Assembly (NCBI GenBank): GCA_963762145.1
Contig: CAVXJS010000011.1
Location: 320,001 to 384,000, forward strand
Length of the DNA stretch: 64,000 nt
DNA from: an uncultured Candidatus Rokubacteria bacterium
GTDB lineage: Bacteria; Methylomirabilota; Methylomirabilia; Rokubacteriales; CSP1-6
Direction of reading: 5' to 3'
Below are positions 37,206-46,391 of this stretch, piece after piece (the first letter of the stretch is position 1; the number at the start of each line of letters is the position of its first letter). The position numbers were made by a program, and so were the translations under genes. The notes beneath the pieces are model-generated. The model was not told where the DNA came from. It worked only from the letters and a program-made list of their open reading frames with translations, and did no database searches.

Positions 37206-37790
37206 TCAGCGCCCGGCGTCGCGCAGGGCCTGCTTGATGGCGTCGCGGAACTCCTCGAGGGGCAGGGCGCCCTCGATCTTCCGCTGGTTGATGAAGAACG
37301 TGGGGGTGGCGCGCACGCCGGCCTCGCGCCCCTCGCGCTGCTCGGCCAGGACCGCGTCGCGGAACCGGCCGGTGTCGAGACACTCGGTGAACGCGGGCGC
37401 GTCGAGCCCGAGGCGCCGCGCGTAGCCGATCAGATGGTCGCGGGAGAGGTCGGGCTGGGCCACGAAGAGGAGATCGTGGTACTCCCAGTAGCGTCCCTGG
37501 GCGCCCGCGCAGCGGGCGGCCAGCGCGGCGGGCAGCGCGTTGGGGTGGGAGCGCAGGGGGAAGTCCTTGAACACGAGGCGCACCGTGTCGCGGGAACTCG
37601 GCCTGCAGCCGCTGGAGGACCTCCTGGGCGCGCTTGCAGAAGGGGCACTCGTAGTCGCTCCACTCGAAGATCGGTGACCGGGGCCGAGGCCGGGCCCTTC
37701 GTCATCGCGGGATCCGCGGTGAACCGCGGCGCGTCCTGCGCGCGCCCGCGGTCGCGATCCACAGCGCCAGGGCGACCAGGCCGGCCGCCG
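37206..37790 (-). CDS. DsbA/BdbD family thioredoxin-fold protein (frameshifts; start approximate)
   Basis: EWSDYECPFC, FKDFPL..HPNALPAA, GVRATPTFFIN. Confidence 0.85.
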   Translation of the reverse strand, partial: RRPAWSPWRCGSRPRARAGRAAVHRGSRDDEGPGLGPGHRSSSGATTSAPSASAPRRSSSGCRPSSRDTVRLVFKDFPLRSHPNALPAALAARCAGAQGRYWEYHDLLFVAQPDLSRDHLIGYARRLGLDAPAFTECLDTGRFRDAVLAEQREGREAGVRATPTFFINQRKIEGALPLEEFRDAIKQALRDAGR

Positions 37791-37820
37791 ACGCGGAGGG
37801 TGTAGACTCGGACGCGAGCG

Positions 37821-38190
37821 ATGGGCTTCGTCCTTCGGATCATCGTGTACACGCTGGCCCTCTTGGTGGCCGCGCACGTGGTGCCGGGCATCCGGCTCGA
37901 CGGCTTGCTTCCGCGCTGGTGGCGGGCTTGCTGCTGGGCCTCGTCAACGCGATCGTGCGGCCGGTCCTGGTCGTGCTCACGTTCCCGATCACGCTGCTGA
38001 CCCTGGGGCTCTTCCTGTTCGTCCTCAACGCCTTCTGCCTGTGGCTGGTCGCCGTCTTCGTCGCCGGCTTCCACGTGGCCGGCTTCTGGTCCGCGTTCTG
38101 GGCGCGCTGGTCGTGAGCGTGGTGAGCTGGATCGTCACCGCGCTGGTCAGCGACAGCGGCCAGGTCGAGGTCCTCGAGCGCCGGCGCTGA
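37821..38190 (+). CDS. YvlD/DUF360 (phage holin 4-like) membrane protein (frameshifts)
   Basis: GLVNAIVRPVLVVLTFPITLLTLGLFLFVLNA motif. Confidence 0.88.
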
Positions 38191-38194
38191 GGCG

Positions 38195-38235
38195 CCCCTC
38201 ACCCTGCCGCTCTCCCCAGTGGGGGACGGAGACGG
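38195..38235. repeat. REP/BoxC-like palindrome (degenerate)
   Basis: CCCCTCACCCTGCCGCTCTCCCCAGTGGGGGACGGAG between convergent genes. Confidence 0.6.
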
Positions 38236-38236
38236 C

Positions 38237-38998
38237 CTAGGCGGCGCGGTCGGACTCGACCGAGGTGATGATGTAGGTGCCGCTCTTGGCGTCGCGCTCG
38301 AGGGTGACGATCTTCTGCTTGGCCGCCTCCTCCAGGAGCTTCGAGAACGTCGAGTAGCCGTAGTAGGACTCGTTGAAGGCGGGGTTCTTCCGGATCATGG
38401 TCTGCTTGACCATCGAGCCCCACAGCGTGTCCTTGTTCTCGCGCTGCAGCGCCTGGACGGCCTCGATGAGCTGGGCGAAGGCCTCGGCCTTCTTCTCGGG
38501 CAGCCCGCGCAGGGCGGTGGTCTTCTTCGACTCGCGGATGAGGTCCTCGTAGAAGATGAACTCGTCGCAGTTGCCGACCAGGAGCTCGGACGAGGAGGAC
38601 TTGACCCCGAGCCCGATCACGTAGCGGTCGTTCTCCCGCAGCTTGGACACGAGCGGCGAGAAGTCGGAGTCGCCCGAGACCAGCGCGAAGCTGTCGACAT
38701 GCTGCTTGGAGTAGGCCAGGTCCATCGCGTCCACCACCATGCGGATGTCGGCCGAGTTCTTGCCGCTGTAGCGGCTCTGGGGGACGTCGATCAGCTCGAT
38801 GGCGTGCTCGTGGAAGGGCCGCTTGTACTCGGCGTAGCGGTTCCAGTCCGCGTAGGCCCGCTTGACCATGATCTTGCCCTTCTCGACCAGCCGCTCCAGC
38901 ACCAGCTTGATCTCGAACTGCTTGTACTGCGCTTCCTTGACGCCGCGGACGATGTTCTCGAAATCCATGAACATCGCCAGCTTCCGGTCGTCACTCAT
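38237..38998 (-). CDS. NYN (LabA/DUF88, PIN-like) domain protein with C-terminal OST-HTH/LOTUS domain
   Basis: FMDFEN, GKNSADIRMVVD, LVSGDSDF, CDEFIFY, FNESYYGYSTFSKLL. Confidence 0.92.
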   Translation of the reverse strand: MSDDRKLAMFMDFENIVRGVKEAQYKQFEIKLVLERLVEKGKIMVKRAYADWNRYAEYKRPFHEHAIELIDVPQSRYSGKNSADIRMVVDAMDLAYSKQHVDSFALVSGDSDFSPLVSKLRENDRYVIGLGVKSSSSELLVGNCDEFIFYEDLIRESKKTTALRGLPEKKAEAFAQLIEAVQALQRENKDTLWGSMVKQTMIRKNPAFNESYYGYSTFSKLLEEAAKQKIVTLERDAKSGTYIITSVESDRAA

Positions 38999-39153
38999 GC
39001 CTTGCCGTCCCTCCCGCTCCCCAGGGCGTTCCGGCGCCGGTGCTCCAGGGCGGGCCCGTGCCCACCCCCTCGCCGGTCTTCATTATAGGGCCGACATTTG
39101 ACAGCGGCGTGACATCGGGCAGCGCCGCCGGCCGGGTAGACCTCGGCGGAGCC

Positions 39154-39685
39154 ATGAGACGGATCCGCAGCGCTTGCACCTGACGGTGGCCATGCTGCCG
39201 TGGTCGGGTCCGGGCGCCCGGCGAGGCCGCCGGCACCTGGTGACAGGTGGGCCAGCCCGCGCCCGAGATCACCGGCGGGCCCTGGATCAACAGCGAGCCG
39301 CTGTCGCTCGGCGGGGCTGCGCGGGCGCGTGGTGCTTGTGGAGTTCTGGACCTACGGCTGATACAACTGCAAGAACGTGATCCCGCAGTTGCGGGACTGG
39401 CACGCGAAGTACGAGAGGCAGGGGCTGACCATCGTCGGCGTCCACTCGCCCGGAGTTCTTCTGGGAGAAGCCGACCGAGAAGGTGGCCGCGGCGACCGAG
39501 GAGCTGGGCGTGAAGTACCCGGTGGTGCAGGACAATGACTTCGCGATCTGGCGCCGCTACCGCAACTGGGCGTGGCCGGCCGCGGTGCATCGTGGACAAG
39601 AAGGGCGTCGTCCGCTACACCCACATCGGCGAGGGGGCCTACTCCGAGACGGAGCAGCTGATCCGGCGCTCCTGCCGAGCCGTAG
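39154..39685 (+). CDS. DipZ/TlpA-like redoxin, predicted selenoprotein with UxxC (frameshifts elsewhere in the gene)
   Basis: APEITGGPWINSEPL..LRGRVVLVEFWTYG-TGA-YNC, IVGVHSPEF, YPVVQDND..IW, HIGEGAY; TGA at 39359-39361 occupies the first Cys position. Confidence 0.8.
39376..39404 (+). promoter_or_regulatory. Bacterial SECIS-like hairpin
   Basis: TCCCGC-AGTT-GCGGGA upper stem 25 nt after the TGA, lower stem CGTG/CACG, G at loop position 2. Confidence 0.65.
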
Positions 39686-41225
39686 GTGGGTCGCGCGCGC
39701 GAAGCGCTTCGGCTCCTGATCTTCGGCGCGGTCTTCGCCGCCGCCGTCGTGCTGGCCGTGCTCGGCTACTTCTCGCTCCGGCAGTGGGAGGCGTCGGCGG
39801 AGCTGCTGTTCCGCGAGCAGGCGCGCGACATGGCGGCGATGGCGGCCGAGAAGGTGGAGATGGCGGTGCTCAAGGGCCGAGGAGGAGTGCATCGCGCGGC
39901 CTGCAGGCCGCTCGTGCTCGACGCCGGACTTCCGCCCGGACGCGGTGCGAGGCCTGGAAGGCCCAGACACCCGCTCTTCGACGCGTCTACCTCTTCGACC
40001 GCCAGGGCCGGCTGCTCTACCCGGTCGGCTGGACGCGCGACGAGGCGGCGGTCTTCGCCGCGCTCCTCGCGCGAGATCTCCCAGGGCTTCTGGGACCGGG
40101 GCGGGCGGCGCCACTTCGCGGTCGGGCGGCCAGGTGTCCTGGCCGCGGTGATCCCCGGCGCGGCGCGCGGGCCCGTGCTGGTCGGCCCTCGGCCGCAACG
40201 AGGACGCGCTCCGCCGCGACGTGCTGGACAAGACGCTCGGCGGGCTCGAGGGCAAGAGCGTGCTGGCCATCGCTCGACGAGCCGGGCCGGCCCGTCTACA
40301 CCTCGGGGCCGCTCGACGGCGCCGAGCGCGTGCTCACGGTGCCGCTTCGGCGAGGCGCTGCCCGCGTGGCGCGTCGCGCTCTACCAGCCGGCGGGCGCGT
40401 CGCCGCGCGACATGCCGTGCGGCGCCAGGCGATGATCTTCATCGGCCGCCTTCGCGCTGCTGCTCGTCGTGATCGCGCTCGGGCTCGGTCGCGACGTACC
40501 GGCTGGTCCGCCGCGAGTCGGAGATGGCGCGGCTCAAGTCGGACTTCGTGGCCAACGTCTCGCACGACCTCAAGACCCCGCTGTCGCTGATCCGCATGTT
40601 CGCGGAGACCCTCGAGATGGATCGCGTGCCCGACGAGCGCGCGCCGGCGCGAGTACTACGGCGTGATCACGCGCGAGAGCGAGCGGCTCACCCGCCTCAT
40701 CGACAACGTGCTCGACTTCTCCCGGATCGAGAGCGGCCGCCAGCGCTACGACATCGCGCCGGGCCGCGTGGAGCCGATCGTCCACGAGGTGGTGGAGGCG
40801 TTCCGCTATCCGCTCGCCCAGCAGGGCTTCAAGGTCGACGTGGCGATCGCGCCCGACCTGCCGGACGTGCCGCTGGACGGCGCGGCGATGAAGCAGGCGC
40901 TGGCCAACCTGGTGGACAATGCGATCAAGTACTCGGGCGAGCGCCGGCGCCTTCGCGTGGCGGCCCGCCGGGACGGGGGGCGAGGTCGCTGGTCGAGGTC
41001 GCGGACGAGGGCATCGGGATCCCGGCCGCCGAGCGCGAGCGAATCTTCGAGAAGTTCTATCGCATCGGACGGAGCGAGACGCAGGGGCGGCGGGGCAGCG
41101 GCGTCGGGCCTGGCCCTGGTCAAGCACATCGTCGAGGCCCACGGCGGCCGCGTCACGCGTGGAGAGCCGCGCCGGGCGAGGGCAGCCGCTTCACCCTGCA
41201 CCTGCCCCTCGGCGTGAGGGAGTGA
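39686..41225 (+). CDS. Membrane sensor histidine kinase (many frameshifts)
   Basis: Two transmembrane segments, FVANVSHDLKTPL H-box, NLVDNAIKYS, DEGIGI, FEKFYR, GSGVGL. Confidence 0.9.
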
Positions 41226-41230
41226 GCCGG

Positions 41231-41932
41231 ATGCCGCGCATCCTGATCGTGGACGACGAGCCCGAGATGGTGCGCGGGCTGGAGGACAACCTCCGCTTCG
41301 AGGGCTACCAGACCGTCACCGCCGGCGACGGCAAGCAGGGCCTGGCCCTGGCGCTGTCGGAGGCGCCGGACCTGGTCCTGCTCGACGTCATGATGCCGGG
41401 CATGAGCGGCTGGGACGTCTGCCGCGAGCTGCGGCGGCGGGGCCTCGACGTGCCGGTGATCATGCTGACCGCGCGGGGCGAGGAGGTGGACCGCGTGCTG
41501 GGGCTCGAGCTGGGGGCGGACGACTACGTCACCAAGCCGTTCAGCCTGCGCGAGCTGCTGGCGCGCATCCGCGCGGTGCTGCGCCGGCCGGGCCCGCGGC
41601 AGAAGTTCGAGGAGTTCGCCTTCGGCGACGTGCGGGTGCACCTGCGGGCGCGGCAGGCCTTCAAGGCGGGTCACGAGGTGCGGCTCACCCGCAAGGAGTT
41701 CGACCTGCTGCGCTACCTGGTGGAGCACCCGGGCGAGGTGATCACGCGCGATCGGCTGCTGGACGAGGTGTGGGGCTATGAGCGGTTCCCGACCACGCGG
41801 ACGGTGGACACGCATATCCTGAGGCTGCGGCAGAAGTTCGAGCGACGATCCCGGAGCGGCCCGGCGCACATCCTGACCGCGCACGGCCAGGGCTACCGGT
41901 TCGCCGGTACGCCGAGAGGAGCGCGACCATGA
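41231..41932 (+). CDS. OmpR/PhoB family response regulator
   Basis: ILIVDDE, LLDVMMP, GADDYVTKPF, LTRKEFDLL, RTVDTHILRLRQK. Confidence 0.95.
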   Translation: MPRILIVDDEPEMVRGLEDNLRFEGYQTVTAGDGKQGLALALSEAPDLVLLDVMMPGMSGWDVCRELRRRGLDVPVIMLTARGEEVDRVLGLELGADDYVTKPFSLRELLARIRAVLRRPGPRQKFEEFAFGDVRVHLRARQAFKAGHEVRLTRKEFDLLRYLVEHPGEVITRDRLLDEVWGYERFPTTRTVDTHILRLRQKFERRSRSGPAHILTAHGQGYRFAGTPRGARP

Positions 41933-42575
41933 GCGAGACCGCCGAGGAGCTGGCCCGGCGCACCCCGCCCGGCCAGGTGCTGACCAAGAAGTGGCCCGTG
42001 CTGACCTACGGCCGCACGCCGCGCTTCGATCCCGCGGCGCTGGCGCTTCCGCTGCTTCGGCCTCGTGGAGGAGGAGGTGAGCTTCACGTGGGAGGAGTTC
42101 CTCGCGCTGCCGCGCACCGAGGTGATCTGCGACATCCACTGCGTCACGCACTGGTCGCGGCTGGACAATCGCTTCGAGGGCGTGTCCATCCGCGAGATCA
42201 TGCGGCGCGTGCGGCTCGAAGCCCGAGGCCCGGCTACGTGCTGATCCACGCCGATCCGGACTACACGACCAACCTGCCGCTCGAGGAGCTGGTCGACGAC
42301 GACGTGCTGCTGGCGCTCAAGCACGACGGCCAGGATCTCGACGCCCGGATCACGGCGGCCCGCTGCGGCTGGTGGTGCCCAAGCTCTACTTCTGGAAGAG
42401 CGCCAAGTGGCTCCGCGGCTTCGAGTTCCTCGACGTCAATCCGCCCGGCTTCTGGGAGATCAACGGCTACCACATGCACGCCGATCCCTGGACCGAGGAG
42501 CGCTACTCCGACCAGGAGACGCGCGCGATGCAGACGATGCGCGCCGAGGCCGCGCGCAAGCTCCGCGCGAAGTAG
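41929..42575 (+). CDS. Sulfite-oxidase-like molybdopterin oxidoreductase (YuiH/MsrP-like; frameshifts)
   Basis: PPGQ...[13 protein letters not shown] (Mo-ligand Cys), [25 protein letters not shown]...DPW.EERY. Confidence 0.88.
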
Positions 42576-42577
42576 AT

Positions 42578-42660
42578 CCCTCTCACCCTGCCCTCTCCCC
42601 AGAGGGAGAGGGAGAGCTCGAACACCCTCGCCCCCGGAGCGGACGGGCAGGGTGAGGGGC
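42578..42660. repeat. Composite REP/BoxC-like element
   Basis: CTCACCCTGCCCTCTCCCCAGAGGGAGAGGG followed by the inverted half GGGCAGGGTGAGGGG. Confidence 0.75.
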
Positions 42661-42664
42661 GACC

Positions 42665-43497
42665 CTACGCGCCGAGGAAGGCGCGCACGTGCGCGGACGA
42701 AGTCGTCGGGCCGGTCGGCGGGCACGGTGTGCCCGGCGCCGGGAATCTCGACCAGGCGGCCGTCGGGCAGGCGCTCGGTCATCTTCTTGGCGACCTCGGG
42801 CGAGAGGATGTCGCTCTCCGCGCCGCGCACGACCAGCGTCGGGCAGGGGATGCGCGCCAGCGGCTCCCACAGGTCCACCGTGTCGCGCCGGCCCGCGCGC
42901 ATCATGTCGCGCAGCCCCTTGGCGTACTTCCAGGTGAGCTCCGCCGTCGGGCAGGCGCTTGAGGCCGTGGGCGACGCGCTGGCGCAGCAGGTCCACGTCC
43001 TGGAGCGGGTTGGCGCGGCGGATGTACTCGACCGCCTACTCCTCGCTCTCGATCCGCTCCGGGCGACTGCGACATCATGCCGCGCACGCGCTGGAGCCCC
43101 GCGAGCGCGATATCGGGGCCGATGTCCACGATGACGAGCCGCTCGAGCCGCGCCGGCGTGGGCGCGCCGCGTACTGGATCGCGATGCGCCCGCCCATCGA
43201 GTGCCCGAGGAGCGCGAAGCGCTCGAGCTCGAGGCTGCCCGCGAAGGCGGCGACGTCGTCGGCCATGGTGCCCACGCGGTAGTCGTCGTCGGGCGCGGCG
43301 TCGCTGTCGCCGTGGCCGCGCTGGTCGAGCGCGAGCACGCGCCGGCCGGGCACGAGGCGCTCGGCCAGGCGGTCCCAGACGCGCGCGTGGCCGGTGATGC
43401 CGTGGAGCAGGACCACGGGCGGGGCGCCGGCGGGCCCCCAGTCGAGATAGTGCAGCGTGATGCCGTTGACGCGGACGGAGCGCTCGGTGAAGGACAT
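42665..43497 (-). CDS. Alpha/beta-fold hydrolase (frameshifts)
   Basis: LHYLDWG, LLHG, DQRGHGDS, GHSMGG, RGAESD, GAGHTV. Confidence 0.9.
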
Positions 43498-43596
43498 GAC
43501 CGACGCAGTCTAGTCCCCGCGACACCGCCGGTCAATCGCGCGCGGCTTGCCTAGCGCGGGAGCCCTGACGGTAGAGTGGGCTACCCCTGACGGTAG

Positions 43597-43635
43597 CCCC
43601 TCACCCTGCCCTCTCCCCCTCCGGGGAGAGGGGAG
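43597..43635. repeat. REP/BoxC-like palindrome
   Basis: CCCCTCACCCTGCCCTCTCCCCCTCCGGGGAGAGGGGAG immediately upstream of the dehydratase gene. Confidence 0.7.
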
Positions 43636-43649
43636 AAGAGAGCATAGAC

Positions 43650-45196
43650 ATGGCGACGTTACGCGATCACCGACGTGGCGATCGTGCTGAAGCCCGAGGA
43701 CGACGTGGCCATCGCCAAGAAGGAGATCCCGGCGGGCACCGTGCTCGAGGACGCGGTCGGCCGCATCGAGGTGCGGCAGGACATCAAGCCCGGCCACAAG
43801 GTCGCGCGGCGCGCCCGCCGGATCGGCGAGGCGGTACGCCGCTACGGCCAGCCCATCGGCTTCGCCACCGCGGAGATCGCGGTCGGGCGATCACGTGCAC
43901 ACCCAGAACGTCGCGGTGGGCGAGCGGCACCAGGAGTACGAGGTCGGCACCGACGTGCAGCCGGTGGCGTTCTACCCGCCGGGCCAGATGAGATATTTCG
44001 ACGGATACCTTCGAGAAGACGGCCGGGTCGGGACGCGCAACTACGTGGCGGTGATCTCGGGAGTCAACTGCTCCGCGAGCGTGAGCCAGTTCGTCAAGGA
44101 TCGGTTCCGCGACGTGCAGAAGGACTACCCGAACATCGACGGGGTACTCGCCATCACCCACAAGTCCGGGTGCGGCACCAAGCTCTTCGGCGAGGACCAC
44201 ATGGCGCTGCAGCGGGTGCTCGCCGGCTACGCCAAGCACCCCAACATCGCGGCCTACATCCTGATCGGGCTCGGCTGCGAGGTGAACCAGGCCGCGGTCA
44301 TGGTGGACCGGCAGCGGATGGCCGCGCCCGGGCATCCGGAGCGCAAGCCGTTCGTGGTCAACATCCAGGAGGCGGGCGGGATCCGGAAGACGGTGGAGAC
44401 CGCGGTCCGTGAGGTGGCCAAGCTGCTACCGCTCGCCAACGCGATGAAGCGGACGAAGCAGCCGGTGTCGGAGCTCACGCTCGCCACCAACTGCGGAGGC
44501 TCCGACGGCGCCTCCGGCATCACCGCGAACCCCGCCCTCGGCTGGGCGGTGGACGAGCTGGTGCGCTACGGCGGCACCGGAGTGCTCGCCGAAACGCCCG
44601 AGATCTACGGGGCCGAGCACCTGCTGATCCGGCGCGCGATCAACGAGGGCGTGGCCAAGAAGCTGATCGATCGGTACAAGTGGTGGGAGTGGTATTGCCG
44701 CGGCATCGAGGCGATGGACAACAATCCCGCCCCCGGCAACAAGGCGGGCGGCATCACCACCGTCTACGAGAAGTCGCTGGGCGGCGTGACCAAGGGCGGC
44801 ACCACCCCGATGATGGACGTCTTCCAGTACGGCGAGCCCATCACCACCCGCGGCTTCGTGTTCATGGACACCCCGGGGCACGATCCGGTCTCCATCACCG
44901 GGCTCGTGGCGGGCGGCTGCAACATGATCTGCTTCACCACCGGTCGTGGCTCGGTGTTCGGCTGCAAGCCGGTGCCCTCGATCAAGCTCGCGACTAACAG
45001 CCTCATGTACCGGCACATGTCGGAGGACATGGACATCAACTGCGGGGTGATCCTCGAGGGCACCCCGCTGCCCGAGGTCGGCCGGCAGATCTTCGAGGAG
45101 ATCGTGGCGGTGGCCTCCGGCAAGCGCAGCAAGAGCGAGCTCTCGGGCGTCGGCGAAGAGGAGTTCGCTCCGTGGATCATCGGGCCGGTCATGTAG
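43650..45196 (+). CDS. UxaA/GarD family dehydratase with SAF domain (frameshifts near the 5' end)
   Basis: DDVAIA, GHKVA, RYGQPIG, HTQN, GRVGTRNY, HKSGCG, GLGCE, CGGSD, GNKAGG, EKSLG, FTTGRG. Confidence 0.92.
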
Positions 45197-45299
45197 TGCG
45201 AGGCGCAGCCAAAGGCGAGCCGAGCGGATCAATAATGTCTTGATGAAGTAGACGGTAAACGGGGAACAGGGAACAGCAAACGGGAGCGGGAGAGAGCCG

Positions 45300-45581
45300 A
45301 TGCCAAACCCGGGCATGTACCGCGGCGACCGCCGCCGCAAGGAAGATCAGCGCAAGGCCAAGCTGGAAGCCAAGAGGGCGCGCAAGGCCGAGCGGCGCGA
45401 GACCGGGACGAGTGGGCCCGAGATCGCGGACCAGGCCGAGATGGGGGTCGGCGACAGCGTCGAGTTCGTCTGGTTCTCCCCGAGCAAGGGCCGGACCCAG
45501 ACGACGCCGAACAAGGCGGCGCCGGTGGTGGACGGGATCGACGACTGGATGCTGCTGAGCGAGCCGCCGCCGGAGAGCTAG
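45300..45581 (+). CDS. Hypothetical protein with basic N-terminus
   Basis: 93-aa ORF with GC3-biased codons; K/R-rich helix then a Trp-containing C-terminal segment. Confidence 0.65.
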   Translation: MPNPGMYRGDRRRKEDQRKAKLEAKRARKAERRETGTSGPEIADQAEMGVGDSVEFVWFSPSKGRTQTTPNKAAPVVDGIDDWMLLSEPPPES

Positions 45582-46138
45582 CTGCGGACGGGCTCGACCC
45601 GGCGAGGCTCTGGCCGAGGGGACGAACCGGTCGGCGCGCCGTCCGCGACCTGGCCGCCCTTGAAGAATGCGGCCAGAAAGCCGTCGGCGGACACGGGCCG
45701 ACGCGGGCGATCCGTGAAGCGGTCGGCCCGGAATCCGGCGCGGGCCCGCACGATGAAGCTGTAGAAGTGGACGAGGCCGCTCGAGGCGAACTTGCCGTTG
45801 AAGACGATGTCGAGCGGCAGGTGCAGCAGCATGCCGAAGACCCATCCCCAGAGCCAGTCCACGTTGGTGTACCACGCGATCGCGGCCAGCAGGACCAGCA
45901 GCTCGTAGGAGTGCAGCACGAGGACGACCCGCTGCGCCTTGCCGTTGAGGTAGTAGCGGAGGAAGCTGCCGGGACGGAGGTCGCGCTGACGTTCGAAGAG
46001 CACGTAGTCGACCATGTGGTCCACGTCGATCAGGAAGCCGCCGGCCGCGAGGCCCGCGGTGACCGCGAGGCTCCCGGTGCCCGCGTAGACCGCGCCGCAG
46101 GCGATCGCAGTGGTGACGAGATGGCCTCCGGGGCTGAT
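45578..46138 (-). CDS. Membrane-bound metal-dependent hydrolase-like protein (YbcI/YdjM-like)
   Basis: SPGGH...IDVDH...LHSYE...HLPLD His/Asp pattern; the frame is open upstream to ATC 46138 (track start GTG 46024). Confidence 0.65.
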   Translation of the reverse strand: MSPGGHLVTTAIACGAVYAGTGSLAVTAGLAAGGFLIDVDHMVDYVLFERQRDLRPGSFLRYYLNGKAQRVVLVLHSYELLVLLAAIAWYTNVDWLWGWVFGMLLHLPLDIVFNGKFASSGLVHFYSFIVRARAGFRADRFTDRPRRPVSADGFLAAFFKGGQVADGAPTGSSPRPEPRRVEPVRS

Positions 46139-46148
46139 GGCGAACCGC

Positions 46149-46271
46149 CTAGCGCAGGGGGTGGCGCCGGCGAATGCGAACGGGAATCGGCCGCCGCGTG
46201 GGCGGCACCAGCCAGCCCAGCGGCACGCTGTCGATCAGCTCCAGGAGGCGGCGCCCGAGTCGCTTCAACAT
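46149..46271 (-). CDS. Small basic protein (40 aa)
   Basis: MLKRLGRRLLELIDSVPLGWLVPPTRRPIPVRIRRRHPLR directly downstream of a sigma-54 promoter. Confidence 0.6.
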   Translation of the reverse strand: MLKRLGRRLLELIDSVPLGWLVPPTRRPIPVRIRRRHPLR

Positions 46272-46284
46272 GCTCCAAGAAAGG

Positions 46285-46327
46285 AGCAACTCCGATGCCA
46301 GACGCCCCGTGGCGCAAGTAATTGAAT
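46285..46327 (-). promoter_or_regulatory. Sigma-54 promoter with upstream IHF-like site
   Basis: Minus strand TGGCAT-CGGAG-TTGCT (46300-46285) and ATTCAA-TTAC-TTG (46327-46315), one mismatch to WATCAANNNNTTR. Confidence 0.68.
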
Positions 46328-46391
46328 TACTGTAGACCCCAGGGTCCGAGCGTGGAAGAGTAAGCCAAAACAGGGAGTCAAGGGGACCAAA

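Noticed and set aside
27046-38190. Excisionase-like HTH and phage-holin-family genes as prophage remnants
   Set aside because: Both families are common chromosomal genes; no integrase, structural genes or compositional shift.
15897-38998. Ski2-like helicase and NYN nuclease as an anti-phage system
   Set aside because: They are about 20 kb apart, in housekeeping context, and match widespread HelY and LabA/DUF88 families.
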